A stretch of 64,000 nt of DNA, taken from positions 97,404,001-97,468,000 of the forward strand of contig NW_024704742.1 of assembly GCF_018977255.1 (NCBI RefSeq). The letters are read 5' to 3'. The DNA comes from Callorhinchus milii. Taxonomy: Eukaryota. A model generated the notes under the pieces. It saw only the letters and a program-made list of their open reading frames with translations, was not told the DNA's origin and did not search any database. Made by a program: the position numbers and the translations under genes. Below are positions 1 to 12,917 of this stretch, piece after piece. Positions within the stretch are counted from its first letter, which is position 1; each line of letters starts with the position of its first letter.

Positions 1-544
1 ACACAAAAAACCTTTCATGTTGGGAGGACATTTCAAAGTGCTGCACAGGATATACTGTAAAGTGTAATGAACGTGTATGCTGTAGGCAAATACAGCCCCC
101 AATTTGTACATAGCAATATCCAATAAAGAGCCATAAATCTTACTGGGAAATGTGTTCTGGTCACCGAGAGAAACTTCTTTCTCATTTCCAATAATGCAGG
201 AGATCTTCAATATTCACCTGAACAGACAGAAAGGACATTATTGTTTCATCTGAAGGATGGTATCTCCAACAATGCAGCACACACCCAGAACTTCAAATCA
301 TAAAACCTAGGGTTGTCAGCATAGCCTTCATAATTTCAAAGTCCCAATATATGGCTTGAACCTAGAACCTTTTGATTTAGAGGCAAGAGTACCAACAGTC
401 ACAGGACACAATAATAATTTTCACACAATTGAGTCACACTTTTCATCTTTACAACTGTGCTATGCGTGCACATTGCACAATGAGAAGAAAAGTCTTGTCA
501 TGTTGCGAGATCTATTTTTGAATTATTTGATTTCCCCACAACTG

Positions 545-1440
545 GAAATATCCATCCATGGTTTATTTGATCTGTTGACAATGAGCCGAATAAAGTTAAC
601 TTGCTTGTTCACCAACTATGTCTGCTGTTGACTGCTTTTCCATGTCACTCCCATGCCTTCTACAATGTACTCAGATATGCCAAGGCTTTAGGTAAACAGA
701 GCACAGGTTCTGAGCAATTTCAAGACAGATACTAGCAACAGCAAGTAATCAACAGCTGCAGCAGGTTAACTTGGTTAGACCAAGATGCTGGACCCTCTCA
801 AGAAATAGATTGTGATATAACATGAAGAAGGTAGGGTGGATATTCTAGAAAGACCAGATCAAATGGGTCAAAGAATCTGGATTTTGTTTTCTCCATTGAC
901 ACACCAACTATAGATAACAGGAAATGCGAACTCCTCACTGGTCCTTGCTCTCTATTATCTGTTGTGGTGTGACAAGGGGCTACATGACAAAGCTACTGAT
1001 TTTCTACACTTTACAAGGAACCCTCTGCAATTTGCTCTGGAGTAACAAAGGTAAATCTCTTCATTTTGTAGGATTCAAAATTGTATCCAAAGAAAGGTAG
1101 AGTTGAAGATGACCCAGTTGACCTTGTTTTTCTAGAATATGCATCCTACCTTCTTCATCTTTCGTCATCAAGCTGATTTCTAAATGAATTCAGCAATGTG
1201 GTATCTAACCAAATTATAGCCATTGATTCTTCTCTGGGTGAATAAATACTTCCTGGTACTTGTCTTTTGCTGTAAACTTTTATTTTCTTGTCCTACAACA
1301 TTGGCATATCTAAATATATCGTAACAGGCATGAGGGTGACACGGAAGAATCGGTCAACACCAAACATAGTTAGTGAATAGACACATCAACTTTATTGGGC
1401 TCAGTGCCATCAGATAAAATAAACCATGTGTAGAGGACAC
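545..1440. repeat. Long imperfect inverted repeat (foldback/MITE-like), arms about 545-870 and 1110-1440
   Basis: For example, gagccgaataaagttaacttgcttgttcaccaactatgtc (583) pairs with aacatagttagtgaatagacacatcaactttattgggctc (1363), and atgaagaaggtagggtggatattctagaaa (822) pairs with tttctagaatatgcatcctaccttcttcat (1129). Confidence 0.85.
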
Positions 1441-1492
1441 CCACAGTATAGGAGTCAGCTCCTTTACCTGTTCCTCCTCAGTTCCTGAGTTC

Positions 1493-1552
1493 TGGTCCTT
1501 GGAAGTAGCCTAGAGCATAATGAGTTATGCTCTAGGCTACTTCCAAGGACCA
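1493..1552. repeat. Perfect 28-bp inverted repeat with 4-nt loop
   Basis: TGGTCCTTGGAAGTAGCCTAGAGCATAA-tgag-TTATGCTCTAGGCTACTTCCAAGGACCA. Confidence 0.97.
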
Positions 1553-2089
1553 TCCAAGGGCTTCCCTTCTGAAATGGCAGCTTGGATTATTCAATAGGTC
1601 AATGCGTAGCCTTGGATGACATTGCTCCAAAGTTGAGAATTGAGTGGAGAGTGAGCGATTACACTCTCATCGCTGTGTATCACCCAGCGATGAGACTGGG
1701 TCCTCATCACCCCCTCCCCTCCTACTCCCCGCCCCAGAATGACCAAACTTGAGCTCAGTTGGCTTACCTCCCAGTTTCATACTCCAAGCATGTTACAGTA
1801 CTGTGTGGGTTTGCTTTATCCCAATGAGCATTTTAATACACCTATCCATAATAACTCCTTTGAGGAGTCTCTTCAACACAGAAGAGCCCCAATTTATCTA
1901 ATCATTTCTCATAGCTCAAGATCATCCTTCAAATACTTGAGATTGGGCTCATTGTTTACATCTGTATTGCCCCGAGACCAGGACAGCAGCATAATTCAAA
2001 ATACTCCAGGTGTGGCATTGTACAGCTTGAACTTCATGTGTTTCCAACTATAGTGCCACAAATATTTCATAAAATAATCTATCATAGTC

Positions 2090-2416
2090 TAGGCTGATAC
2101 TTCAGCGTGGTACTGGGAGAGTGCTACATTATTGGAGATGCTTTCACAGACAAGTCATTGAACCAAGATAACATCTGTCTATTCTTCAAAGATTCCATGA
2201 CTTTATTTGAAAAGAGAGGGGAGGTTCACCTGGTTTCCTGGCCAACTTTCTTTCAGATAAATTAGTCATTCACCTCATTGTTGTCCCTAGGTACTGGCTG
2301 GTGCAAATGGCTTCTGCCTTTCGCTACAAAAATAGTCACTACATTTCACAGTAATTACCGGTGAAGTGTTTTGAGACATTTTGAATTGATAAGGATCTAT
2401 AAAAATGCAAGTTCTT
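2090..2416 (+). mobile_element. Old Deu-domain SINE (AmnSINE1/SacSINE1-like)
   Basis: Degenerate match to the recalled DeuSINE consensus (gctgacactccagtgcagtactgagggagtgctgca...gatcccatggcactatt...ctggccaa...ctatataaatgcaagt). Confidence 0.7.
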
Positions 2417-5400
2417 TGGATGTTCCATATTGTGAAGAAAAATAAATATCTGTCAATGGGTTTATGGCGATAAATAATTCAGCCAAAAAGCTGTGCTGAA
2501 TTTTATGAGCCCCTTGAGTTGCGTTTGCATAGTTTGTCATCAGGACTGCTCAGTTGAATTAATTCCTGCTTCTTGGTGCCAGCCTTCTGTTACCATATAT
2601 TTTGCTGATTCCACTAAGAGCATACACAGCAACTTTCCTTATTGTAATTTCTGAGGTGCTGGCTACTGAGGTGCAATTCTGAATGTACCTACGTTTTGGA
2701 CGTTTTGCTATAGTGATTTGCCTTGAAATAGTTTACTTAAAGGCATTCAAGATAAGAGAACATCACTGGTTGTATCCTTAATTTTTTACCAGTTGAAATT
2801 TGAAGTGCAACCAAACCAGCAATTGGAGATAATGTTGTGAAACGTAAAGGTGAAAGGTTGAAGGAACCATTGTTTGGCAATTAACAGTGTAAGTGAAACA
2901 TTCATTATACAGCATGCTGGGAAGTTGATGAACTGTACAGCAAAACTGAGCCTACAGTCACCACTGAGATGAGTCATAACAAAGACTATAAAATATTTAT
3001 GAGTACAATGAACAGTGAACTGGGGTTTCCTGATGCATGTGTAAAATCTTTTGATGAAAAATTGTTACACCATTAGTTCTTAAAGGAATGCTGTATATAT
3101 AAAAATTAACTCCCTAAAGCCTTTAAAGAATAAAGTTTCCAAAGCTACATTACCAATGTAAAGTTGACCCCTAAAAACGCATTCCTAAAATTAAGGTTCA
3201 ATTTATAATTTTGTTTTAAAAAATTGTATTTTTAAATACATCAACAACATGCATTCGTATTGCACCCTTCAAGTCAGATAACATCTTAGAGTGCTTAAAT
3301 ACAGCCTGCCTTGTCTTACAAACACAAGTGATATTCATTATATTGGGGACAGGGAAAATATTCCAATGAAACCTGTGCTCAGGAACTTTACTTTAAAAAA
3401 ATTAATTAAACAAATAATTTTACAGCACCAATCTTGCTGAGAACTCTTCACAGTTACTTTTCAACCACATCTGCAAAAAAAAATGGGAATCTGAGAAGTT
3501 GTATTTCTGTTAGATTATCGTTACCTACAATACAATATAAAATTACATTTGGAAAACGTCGTTCAAATGTCCTTAGGTGCTGAACAGTCAGGATCATTAG
3601 GACCCGAGCAGGGAGGGGAGACCACTGGTCAGATCACTGGTCAGATCACATGTTTGTGTCACCCTGGCATCCAAAAGATATTGATGCATCAGATAGAACT
3701 TGCTGAGGACACATGAATAATTTTAATACTTGCAGGGATACATTAGAAAGTCTGAAAGAACAGAACTTCCATTGAAGAAAATAAGATCATGGCATGACCC
3801 ACATTATTAGAATGCAAATATATCATATAAAGAAACTTTAGGAAGCCTTTTTAAGAATAGTATTGAATATAAGAAGTCTAGACATTGATGAATACTCTTT
3901 GGAACTCTCTTGAATCGTGGGACCATGAAAATAAATAATACAATAAATGTATTTGTGAACTGAATGTTAGATTGATACTGTATTCTGCGGTTTTGTTGAA
4001 CTATTGCAGAAGGTCAAAGAGACATTTTAGTGTTATGTTGGAAATTATGCTTGTGGTTGGTGGTCTCTTGCAGACACTCTGATAGTATGAATTTGGGGGG
4101 GTCTTTTTAGCCTGAGAAGCTGAATGTCCTTTTCACATAATGTTCGTATAAACCCATCTGATATGTTAGTCTGCTGATTTACTTTAATTTAGAAACGTTG
4201 GATTTGGACGCACTCACATCATGTATAAAATTGCTGGTATAATTGTTCATGGTTACTCCTGAGCTTATGTTTGGGTTTTTCTTGCCCCCTTATGGTCTCA
4301 TCTAAATGACAGCACCTTCAATTATTGCAACCGCCTCAAAACTGCATTGGAGTGTCAGTCTTCACTATCTGAGTTCCAAGTTCTGATATATGTTAAACCC
4401 ACAGCCTTCTGACTCAGAGGCAAGAGTGCTACCAGCTGAGCCAGGCTGACAGACATAATCTCTAAACTGAAGATGTTCTGATTGAACCAGTAAAGTAATT
4501 AGAAAATACATCAATATGTGTCAGGAGCAGGAGGCTTATGAAAAATGAACATACCCTGTTATAACTAGCATTTTGGCTTCCAGCACACAGGATGTAATGT
4601 TGGCGATGACCTGGAAGTTGGTTTGATTTTCTATATGCCGGCTGATTGTATGCACAGATACACCACCTTCCACATGAATGTGGAAGTGCTGAGCAGAGTT
4701 GTACCCTATTGCAGTGCTAGTTGGGATTTTGTGGACCTCTATTGTTGCACTACAAAAGGGTACCTATATTATCAGATTAACTTTTCTTTCTTATTTTCTT
4801 TTGGGATCTAATTTCCAAAGTTCATAGAAAGAATTATAATTTACTCCTTGCATTTGATATAGCACCTTATCACGTCGTCGAAACGTCTCAAAGGATTTAT
4901 CACAGGATTTTCATCACAGGTTTCATTGTAGATCATAGTGACTGTGTATTTAGTAGGCGAATGTGGCAGCTAATTTGCACACAGCATTGACTCACAAAAA
5001 GCCATGAAGTGAATGACTACTTTTATCTCTGGGATTGTTGGCTATGACACTGGGAGAAACTGTTCTCTAGAAGGGGTGGGAAGTGCTAATTTAAATTTTG
5101 ATGATTGGCTGGAACATTCAAATTGGGCTTGATGATTGTAGAAAGGTGCTAATTTCAGAGAAAGGTAGAATATTGGTTGGCGGTTTGTACTTTGGTAACT
5201 TTCGGAAATCTTAATTATCTTATTCCACTACTTTGGTGAATATTACAAATTAAACCAAATCAGGTGAGTTAACAACACGGTTCAGTAAGATATAACTACA
5301 ATAAAGAGTATTGCCTCACAAATTAATCCTTAATTGGAGCTGGGATAACAGGAGAAGCAGATAAATTGTTCTGGGGAATGTTAAGAAGCAGCTTGATGCT

Positions 5401-8400
5401 GCGATGGGAAGATGATAAAATGTGTATTTTGGAATGATGAGATCAAATGGGCAGATTTCATCCAAACCAATCTTATGAATTTGTGAATAATGACTTTACC
5501 AATTCCCAGCAGCCTGAAGAGACAGCCGTAGTCCTATACTCGACGAATTGTTCTAACATAAACCCTTCCACAAGTATCAGAATTCTAGGCAATGATCTAG
5601 GCAGGAGCGCTCCATGGGCAGGAGAAGTAGTGAGAAAAACTATGTGCAGATGTTACAGATTGGTGCAGAATGTTCAAATGCAGTTCCATTTCACTGACTT
5701 TTACTGACTTAAATGTAAGGTGAATGTCTGAGGAAATGGGCTGAAGACTTGGGGAATTAGTGGCTAAGGTGGAGGAATTTGTACAGTTTAATATCCCAGG
5801 AATAGTCGATATTTATCAATAGGTCTTAATCTCATCCAGGTTATTAGGTTTTGATTCTGCTTCAACCTGGTGCTTACAGAATACAAAATTGAGGAGGCGA
5901 AGGGCTTTCATTTTTCTTTGGCTGCTGATGAGGGCTACAACACGCTTACTCTTCACACACTGCAAGGAAACAACATGAAGTGTATTGTTTATGTTCATCC
6001 ACAAAAATACACATATTTTTGTCACAGTACAATATATCCTGTTAAAGGCTGTGAGGGGTCCTCTCAATGTGAAAGCCATTATATCAAATGTAAAGATTAT
6101 TATTATTAATATTGTTAATGTATTATTAATAATAAAATGTTTACCTATGTTCTGGCTCCACCTAGTGGACAGGATTAAGTCTGTTTCTCAGCGAAACCTC
6201 AGCTGTACTTTGAATACAACTCAACTGCAACTTCTTCTCTGTGTAAATTATCCCAAAGAGTCAAGCCTCTTGCAGCTGATCAGATTGATCTCTGTTTAGC
6301 AACAGTCATCAATACCTTGGAAATTCTATTAGAAAACTTTATTCATTGAATGAAACAAAGATATTTCTTTGTTTGGGACTTATTACTCAAAATAATAATA
6401 CTGCAGGGTGCAGTTTGTCAGCTTTCTGCAGATTGTAATAGTTTAGTTGAATATAGTTAGATAAGAATCACAGTATCGTTGCCTTTTCGTTTTGCTCATT
6501 CATGAATTATTTATTCATAGTTTTCACTTTATAATTTGCTGTTCATTCTAGCGTGCCACTGAATTCGTTATTCAGGAAAAAATAATTTTTCTATCATGAG
6601 GTATTGCTCCAAGAGTAATATTTTTTTCCTCACAGTTTAAGGAAATAATTTATTCCTTAAGCTGGGTAAGGGTTGTCCTACTGTTTGAGCTCGCAGCAAC
6701 ATAAATAACATAGAACATAAGAATTTGCTAGGCAAAAGAAGACCAAGGTCCATCCAGTTTGCCTTCCACCATCCTGTCACTTGACATGTCCTGTCCCAAA
6801 CTATATATTGTTTCCCAAGATATTATTTTCAAACAAAAATCGATCTATTTTGTTCTTGAAACAATTGACACTTATGGGTACTGTGGACCCGTGGTTAACA
6901 ATATTCATAGTAGTGTAGTATATTTCTGGCTTCCAGCACATAGCATCTTTTCTTTGCCTTAAAAGTCTCTATGGCTGAAACTCAACTAAATCCCAGATTC
7001 ATGATTGTCAATTTGTTTGTTCTTTCTAGCACTGTGTAAAACATCACTTGTAGCAGTGCAGTGGTTTGGAGCAAACCGCTTAATTTTTTATTTCTCACTC
7101 TCTGTGCTGTACTATAATGTATGATACTTTTTTCTAAAAAAAAATCAAAAGTGGTTCGTTAAAAGTTTTCTTAAAACTTTGGAAATTATTTTAGGAATAT
7201 TTTGCCCAAGAACATTCAAGAGTGTTGAGATGATTTGCACAACTGAATTTATACTGCAGTGGTGTGAAGTGATGCTCTGCCAAAATCATCTACTTAAGGT
7301 GGCAACCTGTCTCCAGTGTAAATCACTTTGCGATGCCCATCTCGAACCAGTTGAATTAATTGGGAGTTGCATCTCAACCTTGATTTAATTCTTTCTCTCC
7401 CCTTCCCCACACACACACCTTGCAGCACAATATTTGTTCTGTTTTTATGGTAGCTCACATATGGATGCAGTTTAGCAGTTATAGGCAAGTGCTCAGGTAA
7501 AGGGTAAAAGTATCAAGAGTTGTATGCAGGTGCTGCATCAAGAGTTGCAAATTCAGAGAGGGACTAAATCTATTTATTTGAATCAATTTGTTAATTTCAC
7601 TGAGATGTCTATTTGAAAGCTAGAAGGCACACAGACCTAGTAATGTTAAGGTCTGATCACAATTTAGGTCTCTGTTGTCCATAATTATAGATAGAATAAA
7701 TATATAATATGGTAGTATAATGTGAATCAAATAATCATAACAACAACTTGCATTTATATAGCATATGAAACAACAACTTGCATTTATACAGCGCCCTTCA
7801 TGCTGAAAGGGGTCACAGAACATTTCCCCCACAAAATATACAATCAATGCCATAGAACCATGTATAGCATAGAAGGAGGCCATTTGGCCCATCGTGTCTG
7901 TGGCAGCTCTTTGAAAAGAGTATCCAAATCAATCCCACTCCCCCGCGCTCTCCCCATAGCCCTGCAAACTTGTCCTCTCCAAATAATTATCTACTTCTCG
8001 CTTAAAAGTTGTTATCGATTCACTTTCACTTTACAGTATATTCTGTGAAGCACTTTGAGACGTCTCGATGACGTGATAAGGCACAATATCAAATGCAAGT
8101 ATTATTCTTATTCTTATAGCATATTCAGGTGAGTAGTGTCTCAGGGCTCTTAACAGTGGTGTGGTTTGACACTGAGCTGGAAAGAGCAGAGAGGTCAAAG
8201 TGGAAAATCTTCAGATGTGATTTGAAGATGAGCAAAGAGGGGGCAAAATAGAGGGATTGAAGGATCATAATACTTGTGCTTGTTCTGTGTTACCATGCAT
8301 CTTAGATCAATTTGTTTAACAAAGGGCATATTCCTGCTAATATTTTCACCATCTGTAATTTTCAACTCTTTTTTTTAAATCAGAGTGCAGATAATACTTT

Positions 8401-8714
8401 TTGACCTGATTTTAAATCATCCATCTGATTAAATTACAATTTTCTGATTTCTTCTTTGACATTTGACATATGGTGAAGGATGAGAATTCATTAAAACTGT
8501 AAAGCTGGTGTAATTTTCAACTCCTCTAAGCACAAGGTAACTCCAATATTAAATGCCTTACTACAGCACTAGTTTGCTTATTATGTGGGTACTTGTGGAT
8601 CCATGATTAACAGTATTTAACAGAACTGCAGTATACCTTTGACTTCCAGCACGGAACAGCTGTTCTAAACAATAAGTTATCAGGTCTCTTCCCTGCTTGT
8701 AGTGACGATGCAGA

Positions 8715-8940
8715 ACAACAACAACAACAAGATTTCATTTATAGAGCTGCTTTCACGTCGGGAGGACGTCCCAAGGCGCTGTACAGTTGGGTCAGGACCG
8801 AGCAGGGGGGAAATGGTCAGAGTGAGGGGAGGGAAGGGAGGGAGTGAGGAGGGGGTAGAGAGTCAAGAGGGGAGCTGAAGACACGGTCAAAGAGAAAGGT
8901 CTTGAGACCGGCCTTGAAGGAGGAAAGGAGGAAACTGGGG
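8715..8940 (-). mobile_element. L2 3' end fragment
   Basis: (CAA)n followed by tttcacgtcgggaggacgtcccaaggcgc, the same tail as the L2 at 44957. Confidence 0.8.
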
Positions 8941-10195
8941 GATGGAGTTGGCCATTTTTTCCCCACTCCGTTTTAACACAGGATTGAGCATATGAATCCA
9001 GACAACTGGCCTATTATGAGGTTGCCCTGTATTTGTAAAGGGAGTTTGCTGAGCAGAGCTTCCTGATAGACCAGGATAGAGGAGCTGGCATTCATTTGTC
9101 TAAGATATGATGGTTTGAATTTATGGTTAACTTGTCTACTGCTCTGGATGCTTAAATAAAATGCAACATTATATTAAATCATTCCCTGGTTCAAAGATGC
9201 AGTGGTATCATTTGCTTTTGATAATTCTCTTAACAGTCATTTTGTAAAGTAGGAAGCCATTTATCCAAATGTCATTTGTCCAAACGAAAGCAGTTTTCTA
9301 AACTGCTTGCGATGCCTTGTGTAATTATTTCATCATATGTGCATCCATCTCCATACTGAATTAATATAATTTAAGATAGTACCACATTGAAATTAATAGA
9401 CAATTAATCACCGGAATTATTCACATATTCAAACAAGGTTGTTTCCCAAGCTATTTGGATAAATGGCCTCCCACTGAGATGATATCCGTAATACCAATTT
9501 ATTATTGCTGTTAAATTTGAAATGGGATGAGAACACAAGAAGTATGGAAGGAAGGAACCCAATCAACCACTCTTTCCAAAGGAGAATGCGTGCTTTATCT
9601 TGAATTCTCAGCAATTTATTCAATCTCTTGAGGGAGGTGAATAACCATAGGTAATTTTTTCAAAGCCCTTGAATGCAGTGTAGTCAAACCTACTAACCCT
9701 GCTTTTTTGAGGAAACATTGCAATATATTTTGCTATAACTGAATTTCCCTTATCAGTTTCTTCTGGGTCATGCTTCTGCTGCATTCATTGTTAAGTATTA
9801 TAACTAGTAGTTCTTTCCTCCATATTATTTATGAATAATAAAAATTAAAAGAGTCTCTGAATAGATTATTTAAATTCCTTCCCTTGCCAGATACAGCTAT
9901 ATTCATTTATTAGTCATGTCTGCTCACTTTTGCCAACCACTCCTTGTTCTAGCATGGGAGTAGGGGGAGAGCTGTGGGCAATGGGGAAGATGACTGAAAT
10001 CAAAGAGATAGGTCTTAAGATGGGCTTTAAAGTGGGGAGGGAAGAGGCAAAGCAGAGAGTTGCCAGGATGGACTTCCAGAGACTGGATCAAATATGCTAT
10101 GTACAATGTGGACAGCAATTTCTTATGAAACTCAATATTATTGTGCTCGTACAATGGAAAGGTATTGCTATCATGTTTATGAATCTTTATAATAT

Positions 10196-10300
10196 AATAA
10201 TAATGCTTGCATTTGATATAGCGGTTTTCAAGTCTTCTAGACATCTCAAAGCGCTTCACAGAATATACTGTAAAGTGAATTGACTATATTTGTGGGCAAA
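10196..10300 (-). mobile_element. SINE 3' part, split by the L2 insertion (5' part at 12918-13010)
   Basis: ...tatatttgtgggc at 10297 resumes as aaacgcggcaaccaattgcgcacag at 12918, which reconstitutes the family consensus. Confidence 0.88.
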
Positions 10301-12917
10301 ACAACAACAACAACAAAATTACATTTGTATAGCGTATAAATTGTATAAATTACAGTCAGAGTTTCAGATCCGAGCTGGGGGAGGGTGGAAGACAGAGGGA
10401 GAAGGAAAGTGAACGAAAGCACGGTTGAAGAGGAGCATCTTGAGAGAAAGGAGGCAAGGGAGGGTGCAAGGCAGAGGGATTGGGAATGGAGTCCCAGAGG
10501 GTGGGGGGCAGAGAGGGAGAAAGCCTGCCCGCCAATGGTGGAATGAGTGTAAAACAGGACGGAGCCCTCTGAGGGGAGAGAGGGGGAAGGATGGTAGGGG
10601 GTTAGGAGGTCACAGAGATAGGGGGAGCAAGTCCATGGAGGGCTTTGACGGTGAGGATCAGTATCTTGAACTGTATCCTCTATGTGATGGGAAGCCAATG
10701 GAGTCGGGCGAGAATGGGGGTGATAAGGTCACGGAGCCTGGTGCGGGAGAGGAAATGGATTGCAGAATTCTGGATAATCTGCAGCCTATGGAGGGAGGAG
10801 TTGGGGAGGCCGACAAGCAGGGAGTTTGCATAGTCGAGCCTTGATGTTATGAAAGCTTGTATAAGGGTTTCACCAGTTTGTGGTGTGAGACAGTGGCGGA
10901 GCCGGGCGATGTTGCGGAGGTGGGGAAAGGCAGAGCGGGTCATGGCGCAGATGATAGAAAGGATAGTTGAGGGTCAAACAAGATGCCAAGGTTCCAGACT
11001 GGTTTCGTAAGGTGGAGTGTACATCATGGGTGGTGATGCTGTCAGCACCTGAAGTGTGGAGAGCCTTGGTCTTGTTGACATTCAACTGAAGAAAGTTAGA
11101 ACAGATTCTGTCAGAACAGCAGTCGAGGGTGGAGGCAGAGAGATACAGTTGGGTGTCATCCGCATACATGTGGAAGTTGACCCCTTGTCTGCTGATGATG
11201 TCGCCAAGGGGGAGCATATAGATATTGAAGAGGAGGAGACCAAGGACAGAGCCCTGAGGAACACCGCATGAGATGGTGAGGTGGCTAGAGGAGAAACTGT
11301 TTGTAGAGATGAAGTGGAGGCAGTGTGAGAGGTACAATCTGAACCAGTCAAGGACAGAGCCATGAAGGTTGAGGTGAGACGAGAGGTGGTGGATGAGGAT
11401 AGAGTTGTCGACGGTGTTGAAGGCTGCTGAGAGGCAGAGGGAGCCCTGGTCGCAGATGGACAGAATATCATTTGTCACTTTGACCAGGGAAGTTTCTGTC
11501 CTGTGGGCAGCACGGAAACCCAATTGGAGGGGTTCCTGGAGGGAGTGGCGGGAGAGGAAGGAGTGAAGCTGGGAAGCAACAACTTGTTCCAGGACCTTGG
11601 AGGGGAAAGAGAGATTGGAGACGGTTTGAGAGTAGAGATGGGTCCAAGGAGGGATTTTTAAGGATGGGAGTGATGATGGTCGTTTTAAAAGGGGTGGGAA
11701 CAGTACCAGTGGATGGGGAGAGGTTTATGATGTCTGTAAGTGGAGGGCCAAGGAGGTGGAGCTGGGAGAATAGAGAGGGGTAAAGATGGGGTCGAGGGAG
11801 CAGGTGGTTGTTTTCATGCGAGTTACAGTGGTGGTGAGAGAGGAGTGGGAGACAGGTTTGAAGCTGTGGAGGGAAGGATGGGTAGGGGCTGGGATGGGAG
11901 GGGGAGACGGAGAGGGGGTAGTGAACGGAAGGACAGAAGCAGCTGAGTGGATCCCCTCAACTTTGGATTTGAGGAAGGCCAGCATCGCCTTACAGTTGGC
12001 ATTGGAGGTGAGGATGGGCGAGGTGTGAGAGGGTGGGTGGAGGAACCGGTTGGTGATAGAGAAGAGGAGCCTGGTGTTGTCCTTGGCCTCCAAGATTATC
12101 TTGGAGTAGAATGACGATTTAGCGGAGTTGAGGGCGGAAAGGTAAGATTTGATAAAGTCCAGCCAGAGCTGCCGATGGACCGTTAAGTTTGATTTAAGCC
12201 AGGTACATTCAGCGGCATGCATCTGTTCTTCAAGGGACCAGAGGTGGCTGGTGTACCATGATGACTTACATGAATAGGAGACAGTTCGGGAAGTGAGGGG
12301 CGCAAGAGAATCGAGAGTGGAGGAGAGGGAGCTGTGAAGAGTGACCGAGGAAGATAGGTCATGCGGGAGGAAGCCCAGAGGGGAAGGAGTTCAGATGACT
12401 CCAAGGCAGCCAAGAGGGAGGGGTGGAGATTTTTTTCCAGGGGCGGTATGAGATGGAGGTGGGTTGGGTGTCAGTAGGAAGAGGGATTGAGGAGTTAAGG
12501 GAGATGAAGTGATGGTCCGAGATCGCTTTGTCAATGATGATCAGTTCCAAGATGGTGAGGTCCGGAGTGATCACCAGGTCGAGGGGATGTTCGCGGATGT
12601 GGGTGGCAGAGCGGATGTGGAGGGAGAGATTGAGGAAGGAGATAAGGGAATAGAAGTCAGCAGAAGTAGAGCAGGAGGGGGTGAAGTGAAGGTTGAAGTC
12701 GCCAAGGATGAGAAGGCGTTCGGAACAGAAGGAGAGGGAAGGAAGGAGGGTGGAGATGTCGGGGATGAAGGTGTGGGAGGGCTTGGGGAGGTGGGGGGGG
12801 GTTGATAGAATTTTGAGGGAAAGGTTGGAGAGGTGATAAAGGAAAAGGTGCTCAAAGGAGGGGAAGGTTCCAGAGGAGTAAGGGGATAGGCCGAGCGGGG
12901 ACTGGAAGATGAGAGCC
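10300..12917 (-). mobile_element. L2-clade LINE, 5'-truncated and degenerate (APE endonuclease and RT remnants)
   Basis: Minus-strand ORF pieces contain LILGDFNLH, HPLDLVIT and ISDHHFI (endonuclease), and GFRAAHRTETSLVKVTNDIL, GVPQGSVLG, HMYADDTQLY and LIQAFITSRLDYANSLL (RT and C-terminus). It has a (TTG)n 3' tail at about 10300 and several frameshifts. Confidence 0.93.
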
